In this document: positions 28,108 through 44,365 of the stretch, one piece after another
Position numbering within the stretch: the stretch's first letter is position 1
Layout of the letters: every line of letters begins with the position of its first letter
Assembly (NCBI RefSeq): GCF_009914755.1
Contig: NC_060925.1
Source: the human T2T-CHM13v2.0 reference genome, Homo sapiens
Direction: 5' to 3' (one strand)
Length of the DNA stretch: 64,000 nt
Program-made: the position numbers and the translations under genes
The notes under the pieces: model-generated
What the model saw: the letters and a program-made list of their open reading frames with translations, nothing else
Databases searched by the model: none
Told to the model about the DNA's origin: nothing

Positions 28108-29035
28108 GGAATATAATATACTATGATTATATTTATTGTTTCAGACATTTTGTTTTCCTAGAGCTATTATTTTACATTTTTCATTTGTGTTGTTTTCTAA
28201 ATGCTTATCAAACTCATCCACAAATTTTTCTCTAAAAGTACAAATATCTTCTGAAAGAAGGCAAGACCAGGAATATTCCCCCTTTTATCTGATTAGTTCC
28301 AATCTGCACTGGGAGCTCTGCAGTTCTACTGTACAACTGTATGTCCTAGGTTCTTCCTTCACTAGCATCCCAGGATACTTTTTTCTCCCAATCATATGCA
28401 TCCGAGATACCATGTTATTCACCTTGACTTGTTTCCTTGTTTGCTATACCATATTCCCTAGTTGGTTCTGGGAAAAGGAGCCACAGATGCCATATTTTTT
28501 GAGAACTTGCATGTCAGAAAATACATTTACTCTGAATAATACTTTTGAAGGATATGAAATTCCAAGTTGGAAGTCATACAGAATTTTTAAGCCATTATTC
28601 CATTGTCTTCTAACTTCCAGTGTTGCTGTGGCTAACTCAAATGCCATTCTGATGTTCTATGTATGTGACTTAGTACTCACTCCCTGCTCCCTCTGGAAAC
28701 TTCATGATTTTCTCTTTCTCTCCAGTATGCTAAAATTCTATGGTGATATCTTGTAATGTGTATCTATTTTCATCCATTATGCTAGGCTCTTGGTGGGCTC
28801 ATTCAATAAGTAATGAGAAATTTCATAAATTGTTTCTCTGATTATTTCCACCTCCTCTGTTGGTCTATTTTCTTTTTCAGGAACTCCTATTATTTAAATA
28901 TGGGAAATCCTGGACTGATCCTCTACAATTTTTAATCTTTTCTATCTTCTATTCTTGTCAAATTGTTCTACTTTATTGGAAATTTCCACCATTTCTTCTT
29001 CCTCTTTTGTGTTTTCATTTCTGCAATCATATATA

Positions 29036-29775
<740 letters not shown>

Positions 29776-29832
29776 CTGTTCATATTTTAAAGTGGAGAAC
29801 TAAAGAGCTGATTGGAAGTTGTGAGGGACTGA

Positions 29833-30644
<812 letters not shown>

Positions 30645-32119
30645 TAGAGGCTCAAACTGGATTTCTTCTATACTTTTTCCACTGTAAGCTTTCAGTTTTC
30701 ATGATCTGGAATTTGTCCATTGCCTTTCAACTTCCAACATTTTGTTGTTGTTGTCTCCCCTCAAATTCTCTTTGTCCTTGAGAATGTATGCCCTTAAAAA
30801 CACCTTTACTTTCATTTTAGTATGGTGTCAGTGAGGAAGCTGTGGTAATCATATATGTTCAGTTCATCAACTTTAGTTGAAAAGCCCCCATTAAACTGTG
30901 ACGTAAATATAATGTCTTTCTTGGAGTCATCCATATAATGGAATTTGAAAGTGTTGGAAATAAGCTTCTATCATAAAAATTCATTCAAACAACATCCGTG
31001 ACAGAGAAGTGTTCACATAAAAATGATATTTATGTATATGTTGTTCTAAATCTGCTGTAAGTAACAGGAAAAAAGATATTCTCTATAGAGGTAAAAAGGC
31101 ATTTGTTTATATTGACTAGTAGCTAAGGAAAAAGTGAAGTATCTTCCTTTTGTCCATGTCTACTGAGTTTTAGTTCAGATTTTTTCATAACTAGATATAG
31201 CTGGTTTTCTATCACTACCAAATGGAGAAAGCCCCCGAGAGAGAGAAATATCAACCAAAGCTAGGAACCTGAGTCTCCACAATAAATCCAAAGGTAATAT
31301 TAATTGAGTTTGGATTATGTGGGTGATTAGGCCACATGGAGTGCCATGATGCTCATCTCCCCAACAGCCATGACCCCCGACCCCTGCTGCACAGCAGCCC
31401 GTGCTTCAAAGGGCATTGGCGCCACCAACATCTCCGAAAATGCAAGTCAAGGGAATCCCTTTGAACTTGTCACAGGGCTCAGGTGACTGAGGCCATAAGA
31501 CTGCCAACACATGGCATTATACCGGCCACAAGAATTGGCACTAAACTCAAATCACTTCCCTGATAAATTGAAGAAAGGCATTTCTTCTCCTTGGGCATTT
31601 TCAAGAAAGCAAACAGCCCAGCTTACTTTTGGCAGCATCTCTAGACCTGCGAAGAAAGCCAGCACTGGGTGGAAGACAACAATTTGGATGGCAGAGCAGA
31701 GAAGCAAGAAAAAAAAACAAAGAAAGAAATAAAACAACTAGATTCTTGATCAAAAATACAGAAGCCTGGTCTACCTCTGTATTTTTCAACATATGACTCA
31801 ATAAGCCGCTGTGTTTCCAAAGTTAGATTAAATTGGGTTTTTCCTCTACTGATAAACCTCATCATATGTCTGTATTATCTAGCTTGTCTACTACCATTAT
31901 ACAGTGTATTGTGGTGGGAAAATATGTTCTGGAGCTTGCCTACATTTAGTTAACCAGTTATTCAGTTAACCAGCTATAACAGTTACCCAGTTATAAGAGT
32001 GTTAAAACGGGTCTGAGACTAAAATTCAAAACTTACTAATACATTCACCACAGGGACTTATTTGCAGTTGAGTAAACTCCTCATTTTCAACAGTTATTTT
32101 TATTTTATGAAAATAACAA

Positions 32120-32124
<5 letters not shown>

Positions 32125-32155
<31 letters not shown>
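32125..32155. repeat. (TG)n microsatellite
   Basis: Direct reading. Confidence 0.95.
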
Positions 32156-32157
<2 letters not shown>

Positions 32158-32689
32158 TCCGCCCAACCCCCCAGAGACAGCATTTCCTTTCCTCTCTGTC
32201 CTTGCTGATAGTAGCTATGCTTAGGCATAACCTTTAAAAGCCATTTACTATATCACCAAAATGAGGACTGTCAAGTCATAACCATCAGAAAAAGAGGAAA
32301 GAATTCTCATATTCCAACAAAGCACACTTAATTTAAGAAAATAAACACAGATGCAGACTATTCCTCCACCCAGAGAATTGCTTGAAAGCATTTTTGAACA
32401 TTACTGTCCTAAAGATGAGTATGTTATTGATTAAATAACACTAACAGCTCAAAATGTAGATGTCATAGTATCTGAATAATACAGACATTTGTAGAAAATC
32501 AGAGCAGGTAATTAAGGAAAATTAATATACTTTGCAAATTTAATTATTATTTGATTGACTATCTTCAGTAATTTAAATAATTGTCAACTCTCCTTTTTAT
32601 TTTACACAGCGTAATAATTTTCCAAACAAAATGAGAAACATAACAAGTATAAATAAACAATAAAAGAGAAGAATTCAAGGGCACATTCC

Positions 32690-33740
32690 TTAATACTCTT
32701 CTCTTCTCTATCCACACTCACTGTCTTGGTCATCCTATCCAGGCTCACGGCTATGAATACCATCAATACACCAATTGTGACCAGTTTTAAATCTCTAGCC
32801 CTGACCTCTCTACAATCTCAAAACTTCTATATCCAACTACCTTTATGACATCTCCATCTGGATGTCTGATAGACAGCTGTAACTCAGCATGTCCAAAACT
32901 GAACTCTTAATCTTCTCCCTCAAAATCTGCTCTACCTAGTCTTCCCTATCTGTGGGAATGACAGCTTCATTTTTCCAGTTGCTCTGGACAAAAATATTGA
33001 GTCACCCTTGTCTTTTTCTCTCAAACATCACATCTAATTTATCAGCAAATCCTTCCTGTTGGCTCTACCAACAAAATATCCAGAATCTGATCACATCTCT
33101 CCACCACCAATTCTACCAGCCTGTGCTGAGTCACTCTCCTCTCTTGCTTGGATTGTTGCAATAGGCTCCTAACGGGAGATGTTGCTTCCACCTTTGTCCC
33201 CCTACGAGATTGATCCTTTTAAGTGTTAAGTCAGATCACCTCACTCCTCTGCTCAAAATCATCCAGTGGCTTCCTATTTTACTCAGCATGAAAACCAAAG
33301 CCTTCATGGTGACCTTTGTGAACTCATCCTCTATTTCCTCTCTGACTTCATATCCTTCTCCTCTTTCCCCCTTGCTCACTCAGCTCTAGCCATACTCTGG
33401 GCATGCTGTCACCTTAGGGTTGTTCTTCTCTGTTCTCTTCTACTTTCCTTCCAGGTGCCATGAGGTCATATTTGATGAAACCTACCCTGGGGATCCTCTT
33501 TAAAACTGAAACCCTCTTCTCTGCAACTGCCTGTCCCAATTTCCCACTATGCTGCTCTATTTTTCTACTTTTCTTTGGCAATAATCACTTTCTAACATTC
33601 TCTGCAGTTTACTGAGCTATAATATTTGTCTCTCTGTCCCATCAGAAGGCGAGCACCATGAGTTCAGAGATCTTGGTTTGCTCACTGGTGTATCCCCAGC
33701 ACTAAATCAGTACCTGGAACACAGTGCTGAATAAATAGGG
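32690..33740 (+). mobile_element. L2 (L2a-like) 3' region
   Basis: CTCAGCATGTCCAAAACTGAACTC, TCACTCCTCTGCTCAAAA, GTATCCCCAGCAC...CCTGGAACACAGT. Confidence 0.85.
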
Positions 33741-34099
33741 CAGGCACTCTCCTACAAATGCCTTATTTGTTGATGATAAAAACAGAATAATCCCAAGACT
33801 ACAATTAGACCTTATTTAGTTTCATACAAGACTTTGTAATTTGCACTATTTATTTTCTATTGGATGGAAACTTGATCTTTTTTGAAAATACATAATGATG
33901 CATGTAATTCCTAGTACTAATGGAAAAACATGAATAAATAAGATGTAATATCTCATACACTTTCATATAACATATGTCTACAGATTTCAAAGCTTGCCTG
34001 TGGATTCCCAACTAACACACTTTGCTTATTTGTACCACTTGTGGTGTCCAGGCAGATACCTTGGGTGTAGCCATGGCTACCTCTTATTCTGAAATAAGT

Positions 34100-34660
34100 A
34101 ATTATTTTGCCTCTACTTTTTATGCTAAAAATGTCAAACCTAGAAAAAAGTTTTAAAAATAGCATAATGAACACCATATACCCTTTACCTAGTTTCCTAA
34201 TTATTTTACATTTTGCCACATTTGCTTTCTCTTTCTTTCTCAGGTATATTTTTTTCCTGAATTGTCTGATAGTAATTTGCTGATATCATGATATTTTACC
34301 CCTAAATAGTTCAAGTATCACTTAAGAACAAGGACATATTGCTATATAACAGCAATAAGAGGTCATACTCAAGAAATGCAACATTAATATGATTATCCAA
34401 AATATAGCCCATATTCATATTTTCCTAATTTCCCAATAATATTGTTTGTAGTTTTGTCTCTTTATATCCAGGGTCTAACCATGGACAATGAATTATATTT
34501 AGTTGTCATAGCTCTAAAATACTTCTCCCCTTCCTCCTCCTCCTTCTCCTTCTTTATTTATTACGTCATTGACATTTTTAAAGGGTCTGGGCCAATTGTT
34601 TCCTCATTACAAGATTAAGGTTAAAGATTTTTAACAAAACCTTTACCTAAAAATTGGACT
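34100..34660 (-). mobile_element. L1MC/MD 3' end
   Basis: GAACACCATATACCCTTTACCTAG...TAAGAACAAGGACAT. Confidence 0.65.
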
Positions 34661-34689
34661 TGCAATGCATGCCTCGATAGCTATAAAAG

Positions 34690-34925
34690 AGGCCGTACAG
34701 TAAAGTGATTATAAGCCAAGTTCATGGAGCCAGAACTACCGGGCTTCAAAGCCAGTTCCACCACCCATGAACTGTGAGAAATACTTACAGTCCCTTGCCT
34801 CAGTTCCCCTATTTATAAGATAGAGATGCTCATACCACCCACCTCATTAAATAGGTCATCATATGCGAGGCGCTTAGAATAGTACCTGGCATGTGGCAAT
34901 TGCTTTGTAAGTGTTAGCTCTATTT
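34690..34925 (+). mobile_element. MIR
   Basis: GCCTCAGTTCCCCTAT...GCTTAGAATAGTACCTGGCA. Confidence 0.75.
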
Positions 34926-35207
34926 ATAGTTTTAAAACAACCTTGACTCATTTCCCTTTGATGGTTGAGATGTAGGGGCTGAAAAACACAGGACTGAAGT
35001 GTTACATCTTCCCCAATATAAACAGCAACTCTCAATGGCTTAGCTTGGAATTCTAATTAAGTCTTATTATTGTTTTGGAAGCTCAGAGTGGTTTTGCCTC
35101 AACCCTTTTGACAAATGGTGTTCAGTGGAGATTCAAAAGGGAGACAAAAGGTGGACTGGTGGTGCAATCCGCCGGCAAGGCTCAGAGATGAGCGGCCTTG
35201 GCCTGAC

Positions 35208-35226
35208 ACGCCTCTAGAGGGCAGCA
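35208..35226 (+). promoter_or_regulatory. Candidate CTCF site
   Basis: CGCCTCTAGAGGGCAGCA matches the CTCF core, within a locally CpG-retaining patch. Confidence 0.55.
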
Positions 35227-35879
35227 GAGGCACGAGCGGCTCTCTGGCTCCCTTGCAAGTGAACCCGCCTGTCACTCCTGTCCACAAACCCGTAACCGGG
35301 AAAGGAGGTCAGCTTGACTCAATGGGCTAAATAGGTGTGGGACTGTTCACTTGAGGAGCTGAACCGAATAACCAGGAGTAATACCAGCATACACTATCTT
35401 TTTGGTAATAAAGCTGATGTTTAACTGTTTCTGAAGACTGAACATATCACACTAATGTGCTCTCCACAAACAAGCCATGGTAACATGAGGCTCACCAGAT
35501 CTGGTGCCAGCAATTTAATTCTTAGCAAGCAGCTGAGTATGGAGGGTGACTTAGTGATGTAATCGCTGCCAGTGCCGGCTCCCCAGGGCAGGGAGTACCA
35601 TCAGCTCTGCACAGAACAGAGAGCTCATCTGCCTGGCTGCCACTTCTTCTCTAGAATTTACAAACACATATAAGGGTTTTCGACTTCATATCAACTTTCA
35701 GACCATTTTGTAAATGTTTCTTACTATCAGAACTCAAGTTTTCTCCTATAGTTTAGTTATCACCAAAGGTTAGATACAGGTCTCTTAAAAAAATTGGAGA
35801 GTAGTCAGAAATAAACGACAGATGATTATTAGCAATGTTATCAGCACGTTCTCCACATTCCAGATGGGTAGTACAGGGT

Positions 35880-36140
35880 AATGGGTAAGGGTATGAATCT
35901 GAAAGCAGACACCAGAGCTTGAATCCCAGCTCCACAATTGACTATTATAGCTGTGTGATCTTGGTCAAGTTATTTAATCTCTCTGTGTCTCAATTTCCTT
36001 CTCTGTGAAATGGAGATGATAATAATAGCACCTACCTCATAGGGTCATTAGAATCGAATCAAAGGAGTTAATATATGCAAAACTCTTACAACAGTTTCTT
36101 GCACTTAGTAAACACTGTAGAACTGCTAGCTTTCATCATT
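35880..36140 (+). mobile_element. MIR
   Basis: TTGAATCCCAGCTCCAC...CTGTGTGATCTTGGTCAAGTTATTTAATCTCTCTG. Confidence 0.85.
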
Positions 36141-37139
36141 TAGGCTCTCAAAATCTTTTGTAAGTATTCAAGCCTTTCCCTCTCTTCTTCCTCCTCCACA
36201 ACCAACGATCCTGATCCACGGCAGAGATTAGGGCTAAATGCACCCACACAGCGTTACCCTCCACAGGTATGTGCAAAAAAGGGGCCTTTCCCCCTTCACT
36301 ATGTTCCTTCACATAGGAAGAAAACTGGAAAACTTCAACATTTCCTAAGCCTTTCATAAAAGTGTTCTCACTCTTCTTTGTGCCATCTTCTCTACACCAG
36401 CAAGGTTCTACTGAATTTTCTTCATGCAGGTTGGGTTACCACTTGTTTCTCTTCTGGTCACTTGCTGTCCAGCACCGCCAATCTAAGAATCTGGAAGAGG
36501 TTACGAAATTAGTCACCCACCGCTATGCACAGACCTTCCCTCTTTTTATCAAGCAAAAGCGATAGACAAGTATTATACATACTCCTGTTTTTAGAACAGA
36601 AAAATAAAGAGAATTCTTTTAGTGAAAATAAAGCAAACTCTTCTAAAGTTAAAACAAAGAAATTTTTAAAACTTTCAGAAATCAGATATTGCATTACACC
36701 AAAACTAAAAAAACCGTGGGGGTGAGGTTTAAGAGGATGATGCATATATAGAGAATCAACGCGGCATTCTAAACTGTCATCTTAATGTAAAAATAGGCTC
36801 TGTATAAATATGTCTCATTAAAAAAGACTTATGGAATCACTTTTTACATAATTCTATAGGAACTGGGCACTTTCTGTCAGAGAGGGTTGGGAGTACTACA
36901 TTTTTCAAAGTATACCATTGTCTAATATTTTGTCTGTTCTCTGAACTTACCTTAGGCTTAGGGGCTTGGGTATCTGAAGCTTAGTTCAACAAAGTATTAA
37001 TGGATTTCATCGCAGATATACTTTCAGCGTTTTTAAAAATCCAATAAAATCAAAATAGTTTATGTTACATAGTCCATTGAGAAAATTGTAGAAATTTATT
37101 GATAATACCATAGCACATGGTAAAGATCAGATCTTATCC

Positions 37140-37750
37140 AAAATAGCATAGTGGTTAAAAGCACATGGCTTTTGGAACCAAACGGCAGGCTTTCAAATCC
37201 CAGTTCTTCCACTTACAAGCTTTGAGATCTTGGGCAAGACTCAGTGGCCTGGCTGTCACATGGTGGGGCAGCGATAATGTCTACCTGTAGCAGATAAAGT
37301 AGGTGTTTCTGTTGCACTCCTCTCGGTGTGCACCTGACACATTCCTCCACAGATCACACATATACACCTTCTGTGCCATCCTTGGAGGTTGTCAACCAAT
37401 GACTGTGCAGCAGGATGAGCGCCAGTTTCCCTTTCCTAGCCTGCACCCTAGAGTCATGCTATGGGACCAGGCTGAAGCTACCCTCTGAGGGACCCTGACC
37501 TGAGACAGAGCCTTGCTTGGCAGCCTCCTTTCCCTGTCTTACCTTCCCCAATCCATTACAGGTCCCTCCTGGAACCACCTCAGGGATACATCCCATGCAT
37601 TTAAACCTCTCAGTGTCTGCTCCTGGGAACCTAGGGCTTAACACTTAGCCCTCATACAGTTTTCAAGCGATGGATTCTAATATATCTAAAGCCCCTAAAA
37701 CAGCACCTGGCATATAAGTGCTGTTTCAATATTAGTTATTGTTATCATCT
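37140..37750 (+). mobile_element. MIR split by an ERVL LTR16-like solo LTR (about 37290-37625)
   Basis: MIR 5' half, then an LTR ending GTCTGCTCCTGGGAACC...AACA, then the MIR 3' half. Confidence 0.55.
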
Positions 37751-39646
37751 GCGGCTGGACCTACAGTATCAAGGAGAACCGAGGGAGCTATACAGGGACT
37801 TCAAGCAAACACAAAACCACAAACACACAAACTCTTGAGAAATGTTGAGGGAACTGAATAATCCATCTAATTACTTCCTTTCGCATCACTGGTTGCACCC
37901 TTGGCCTTAATTACAAGGGAATACATGCTTCTGGCTGAGTTGTAATACAAAGAGGCTGCTGCTGTGTGCTCCCAGGAGACCCACCACAGGCATTCAATTG
38001 AGTTAATAAGTATGGATACTGGAAGACTTGAATGTTCTCTCTCCCATGTGCCTTTTTTTTTTTTTTTTTTAATAAGTGAAACTCTTTGGTTCGTCCTTTA
38101 ACTGGGTTTCATAGAGCAGTTTCAAGGTTGCTTGTTTGAAGGTAAGCAGCAGGAGTCTTAAGAACTTAATTTTAAGAAATTCAAAGAGCAAAGAATGCAC
38201 TTTGTTCTTTGAGTTTCTTAAACCTATATTTCACATCCTTTCATAATAATTTGTCTTTTATGGATAAAATATACACAAATCACTTAGGAAAAAAGGCATG
38301 TGAAATGACCTTGGGCGATCAAGTTCTTCTGTTTTTAAATGGCATGCCCAGTGTAGTATTAAGATTTCTATATGGGAGCATTTCTAGCACATAGAACAGC
38401 TCAGAAAAAGAATTTATTATTTCTTTATTTTTCAGTTCAAAAATAAGGGCAAAGAAACTTACTCATAGGATTTCTTTTTTTAAGGTTTTCATTTATCAGC
38501 GCCTGGGGAAAAAAAAAAACTGATACAGGCAAAATCCCAACATGATAAAACCAGAACGAAAGTAATAGTGGCTGGGGGGGGAACCACTAAGTGAATTATT
38601 ATGATCCTAGGTGCTAAAAAAATTATTCTTCCCTGATTCTCTCATCTGACCCCACCACAGGCTGGCTTTTGTCCACCTCACAGCACTTGAGCCATTAATG
38701 ATCTCCTCCAAGCCAAACTGAATGTTCTCTCTTCTATCCTTGTTCACTTTAATCCATTTGTTGCCTTTGTTCGACTCAACCACTCTCTTCCTCCTCCTCC
38801 ATAAGCCTCTCTTCTCCTAATTTTGTCTGATCCTTTAGTATTTCTTTTCTTTACAATTTTATTGTATATTTTTAAAATAAAAATGAAAACGGTAATTAGA
38901 GAAGAGGGAAAAAAGGACTCAATCCAAACACTATTATTTTATTGTATTTTTCCTCTGATTTTTTTCTTATTGGTTTTTATACACTATGAATAGGATTTTG
39001 TATCCTTCATTTTCTACCAGATTTTTAAAAGTTATTTCACATGTTGCTGCAAAAGTCCTCATAACCTCCCTCCTTAATTCCTCTTAATACTTTCCTATCT
39101 CTCTGACTTTCTCCTCCTAATCTATTCTGTTTCCCCATGGGAATTCACTTCTCTGCACTCTACCCCCATGCCAACTAATCCACCGATGAGCCAAAAACTT
39201 TATATCCCACATTCCCCTTTTACTTTCAAGTATCCCTTTTGTTCTAATGATATGGATATCATTTTAAAAAAGAAAAACAACTCCAGTGTGCTCATCAAAA
39301 CATTCATACCAAAATACTACTTATCTGGAAGTTAATCTGGAAATTTAGATCAAAGATGTATTCCTCTGAAATGCCTAAAGCATATCTTTCCTCCAAATAA
39401 TTCTGAAGATTTTTTCAGAGTTCATAGAAAAATAACAGGTAGATACAGGTACTTATCTACCTGTTAGTAGTTTTCAACAAGATTGATTCTAGGTTAGTGT
39501 TTTCCAAATTCTTTCCAGATAAGACCAGTGAAATATTAGTAGATATTCTATTTTGTAAAGGGGTGGTTCCACGATCAAAAGAAGGTTGGGAAACCTTAAA
39601 TCACGTAAAACTAAAAAGGTTTCTTTACTATAAGAATTCTCAGAGC

Positions 39647-39787
39647 GGTCAGGCGTGGTGGCTCTCACCTGTAATCCTAGCACTTTGGGAGGCTGAGGCA
39701 GGAGGATCCCTTGAGCCCAGGAGTTCGAGAACAGCCTGGCAATATAGGGAGACCCTGTCTCTATTTTAAAAGAAAGAAAGAAAAAAA
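39647..39787 (+). mobile_element. FLAM_C-like monomer
   Basis: Left-arm monomer; perfect 15-bp TSD AAGAATTCTCAGAGC. Confidence 0.92.
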
Positions 39788-40092
39788 GAATTCTCAGAGC
39801 CATTAAAATATTAATCTCAGCACCTAGCATAATTGGTAGGTATTTAGTAAATATTTGCTTATGACATGAATGTGAATTGTAAATATCCAGGAAAAAATAC
39901 TACCTGTAACATTTCCCAAAAGAAAAGCAATTTATTTATTAAAGATATTTAAACAACTATTTAAAAGATTGTTGCAGTATTGTTCAACTAGTTAAAAACC
40001 TTCAACAATACTGATGTCTATAAACTGAGGGTTGGTTAAAGAAACTACTACTGTACAATAAAAGAGCATGTAGCCGTTACATTATGATATAG

Positions 40093-40407
<315 letters not shown>

Positions 40408-40687
40408 AGGTCAGTATTTATTAACAATAAGAAATGACAATGACATTTGAGAAAAAGTAGATTATAGAACAGTATGAAATTCTGTATGCTATCTCTCTAT
40501 ATAGAGAGATAGGTCACATAAAGAATATATATGTAAAAGATGGCATGGATATAAACAAAAAGTTAATAGTAATTATCTTTGGTTGGTGGGATTATATATC
40601 ATTTTTACTCTATATATTTTTATTATTGATCTCACAATGATATGTCTTATTTAGTTAGAAAAAGCAATAAAGCTATTTCTATTTTTA

Positions 40688-40997
<310 letters not shown>

Positions 40998-42586
40998 GGT
41001 AAGAGCAGTCTTGACTAGACTTATACATTTGGTGGCCATTCCTACAAAACTACAGATAATAAATCAACTTTTTAGAAAGCTTTTCTGAGCTAAGCATTTT
41101 AATCACAAAATGATTTTTAAATATTCTATCTTGTTAATAACACCAACCACAAAATTAATGGTGAAACTTATATATCAGAGTCTATTTCACTTCTTTGCAT
41201 TTAATTCTCAAGTGTTACTTGGATATCTAAAGAAGAACAACTTGAACTTCCCTGAGCATCTTGGAGCAAAAAGACAGCACCAGAGTCCACGATTGGATTG
41301 GCACTGATCCTTCTTAGCTATATCTGTGAATAGGATATGTAATGACTTCAGCCTCAGTTTCCCTGACTCTAGTAAAGCTTTTGTACTAAATGATAATAGA
41401 ATCTCTTACTCCACAGTTTGATGATTTCATCTAAAATGTCTCATATAAGCTGTGATGAATTTATTGGAAATTAAATGAAATGCAGGGAGTGATACTCAAT
41501 GAGTTAAATTATTTTTTCTATCTGTGGGCTGTAAACATTATCATAAGTATGCAAATAAATAAATATATACATTTTACATTGGTTCCATATAATGTACTAG
41601 GTCTTATAAATTTGTATACACTTTACCCAGCAATTCTACTTTTGGGATTTAGCCTAACAAATTATTCAGGAATGTAAATAAAGATTTTACTTGACAAAGA
41701 TGCTGATTTCAACATTATAATAGAAAAAAATGGACATCAACGGTATTGAACAAGGAACTAGTTAAGTAGATGACAGAATATTATAGAACATCACAATATA
41801 AAGCCACTAAAATGATATTGAAAACTATTTACTGTCTTGGAAAGAGATTTACAACCAGGTTATAAAACAGCATGTATGATATAATCCTCTTTTTGTTATA
41901 AAATATTTATATGTACATAAAGAAATGTATAAAAAGATCTATAACAAAAACTTCACACTAGTAATCACTGGGTTGATCTGTGTTTTCAAAACTTTATATA
42001 ATTAATATAGAATGCTCATAAAGCAATAAAATCAGTGGCCTTGTGATTTTTCCATAGTTTGTTTCCTAAGTACTCTGGGTAACATAAACAAATCATTTAT
42101 AGTCAAAGAAAAAATAGGATTCAATAAAACTATATCAGTAAATGCTTAATATAGTAGTGTTAATAACACTGGCCTCAAAGATGCTTAATCTGTCTTCCAA
42201 AAACAATGAAATTGTGATGACAGAAATGAATTTTTAAAATGCCTTTAAATAAATGATAGTTTTCTATTCAATTACATGTGGTCTTATGCTTCTTGATCCA
42301 CAGCAGTCTTGTATATTAAATGGTGCAGACATGTACCAGTGTCCATGACCAAGACCTAAAATAAGTTAAAGTGTCATGATTCTAAGCATTTAGCGTAAAT
42401 TTATTTGAAGACGCAACAATCTGGGTTAAGAAATAATTCCAGAGTAGTCTCTGCAATGACACTGTAATACTATTCATAATATCCGTGCTTCTACATTTTA
42501 GAGACTAGTATAATATTTTTTAAAAGAAGATGGGATCTACAGAGTGTTGACAAATTTTATTTTGCCTAGAACATTAAAAAGAATAC

Positions 42587-42896
<310 letters not shown>

Positions 42897-43769
42897 CTAC
42901 AGCCTCCGTTGTTCAAAAGGAAAAGATGTTCTAACCTTGAAAATGTCCTGATCTTAGATATTTTTTAAAGTCCTTAAAAATGAGTCAGTTTAGCCTTAAA
43001 AGTAGCACACTGCTTTTCTCATTTTGCTGCAGACAGGCAAAAACCGTAGCAGACGCTGGCACTGCCTCTTAGGAGGCACAATTATCTAGTAAAGAGGTCT
43101 CTGTAAGAAAATGCCCCAAGACAGACACTGTGTATATTTAGTCAAACATCCGGAAAGTTGTTGAAAAACAATTCAGAGAATATAAGAAAGTAAGCTGGGT
43201 TTATTTAACATTATTTAGGCAAGACAAAGGCAATTTTTTGGTTGGAGTTAATTTAAATAATAAAACATTAAAACTCACATAACCTTAATGATCTTCCTTC
43301 CCAGGCTTCCCAAACTTCAGTCATTCATGTTTTATCTTCACAATTTTTGGCATATTTGCATAACACCTCCATTATTATTTATTTAGTTCCTTTAAGTCTC
43401 CCTCCAAGGCAATAACATCTATGAAATCAGGGGTTTAGTGAACTAGCTGTCCACATTTAATCACTCTGCCACCTAAAAGGACCCCACAAACACAAATCTA
43501 CTCTAACTTCCTCATTTCCATGAAGAAATGTGTTAAGCATATTAAGCATTGTGTTTCTGATCTTACATGAAGAGGATGGCAGAGCAGTTGATTGATTTCA
43601 AAAACAATAGCAAAACACAGGAGATTTTGTTTATGTCCCGACTGTCAGATTAATTATCTATAAATTACACTTATAACTTCAAAGATGCTGGAACTTACCT
43701 GTCCCTCCTATCACTGATTTTTTAATTTGTTTTCAATTCTTAACATGGCTCAATGCTCTGCCTTGTATT

Positions 43770-44040
43770 ATCCATTCATCTAACAAATATTTACTGAGCA
43801 CCTACTTTGTGTCAGGCTCTGCCTGGGGCTATAGCAGTGTGCAAAATAGACAAACATCCTTGACCTCATGGGGTTTTCATCCTAGTAGATTTTTAGAGCT
43901 TTCTAAGTATATGTCATGTTTCTTCTTGTAGAGTCTAAATTCTTGGAGGACAAGATCTGATTCCAATTTAATTTTGGCTCCTCCACAGCACACAAGAAAG
44001 CATTCTGCAGTTAAATCAATAAATGACTAAATAAGGAAAG
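43770..44040. mobile_element. L2 fragments
   Basis: CATTCATCTAACAAATATTTACTGAGCACCTACT. Confidence 0.7.
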
Positions 44041-44099
44041 GATGCAAAAGTTCTGCAATTGGTTTATCCTTTGACCCTGAAAGCTATACTTATTAATCA

Positions 44100-44365
44100 T
44101 TTTTTAACTTTTATTTTAGGTTCAGGGGTACATGTGAAGGTTTGTTACATAGGTAAACTCGTGTCATGAGGGTTTGTTGTGCAGATTATTTCATCAGCCA
44201 TGTATTAAGCCCAGTGCCCAACAGTGATCTTTTCTGCTCCTCTCCCTCCTCCTACCCTCCATTCTCAAGTAGACCCCCGTGTCTATTATTTCCTTCTTTG
44301 TGTTCATAAGTTCTTATCATTTAGCTCCCACTGACAAGTGAGAACATATGGCATTTAGTTTTCTG
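44100..44365 (-). mobile_element. L1PA (old) 3' end
   Basis: TTTTATTTTAGGTTCAGGGGTACATGTG...AAGTGAGAACAT. Confidence 0.88.

Noticed and set aside
28136-28756. 206-aa ORF
   Set aside because: Antisense reading of a decayed L1.
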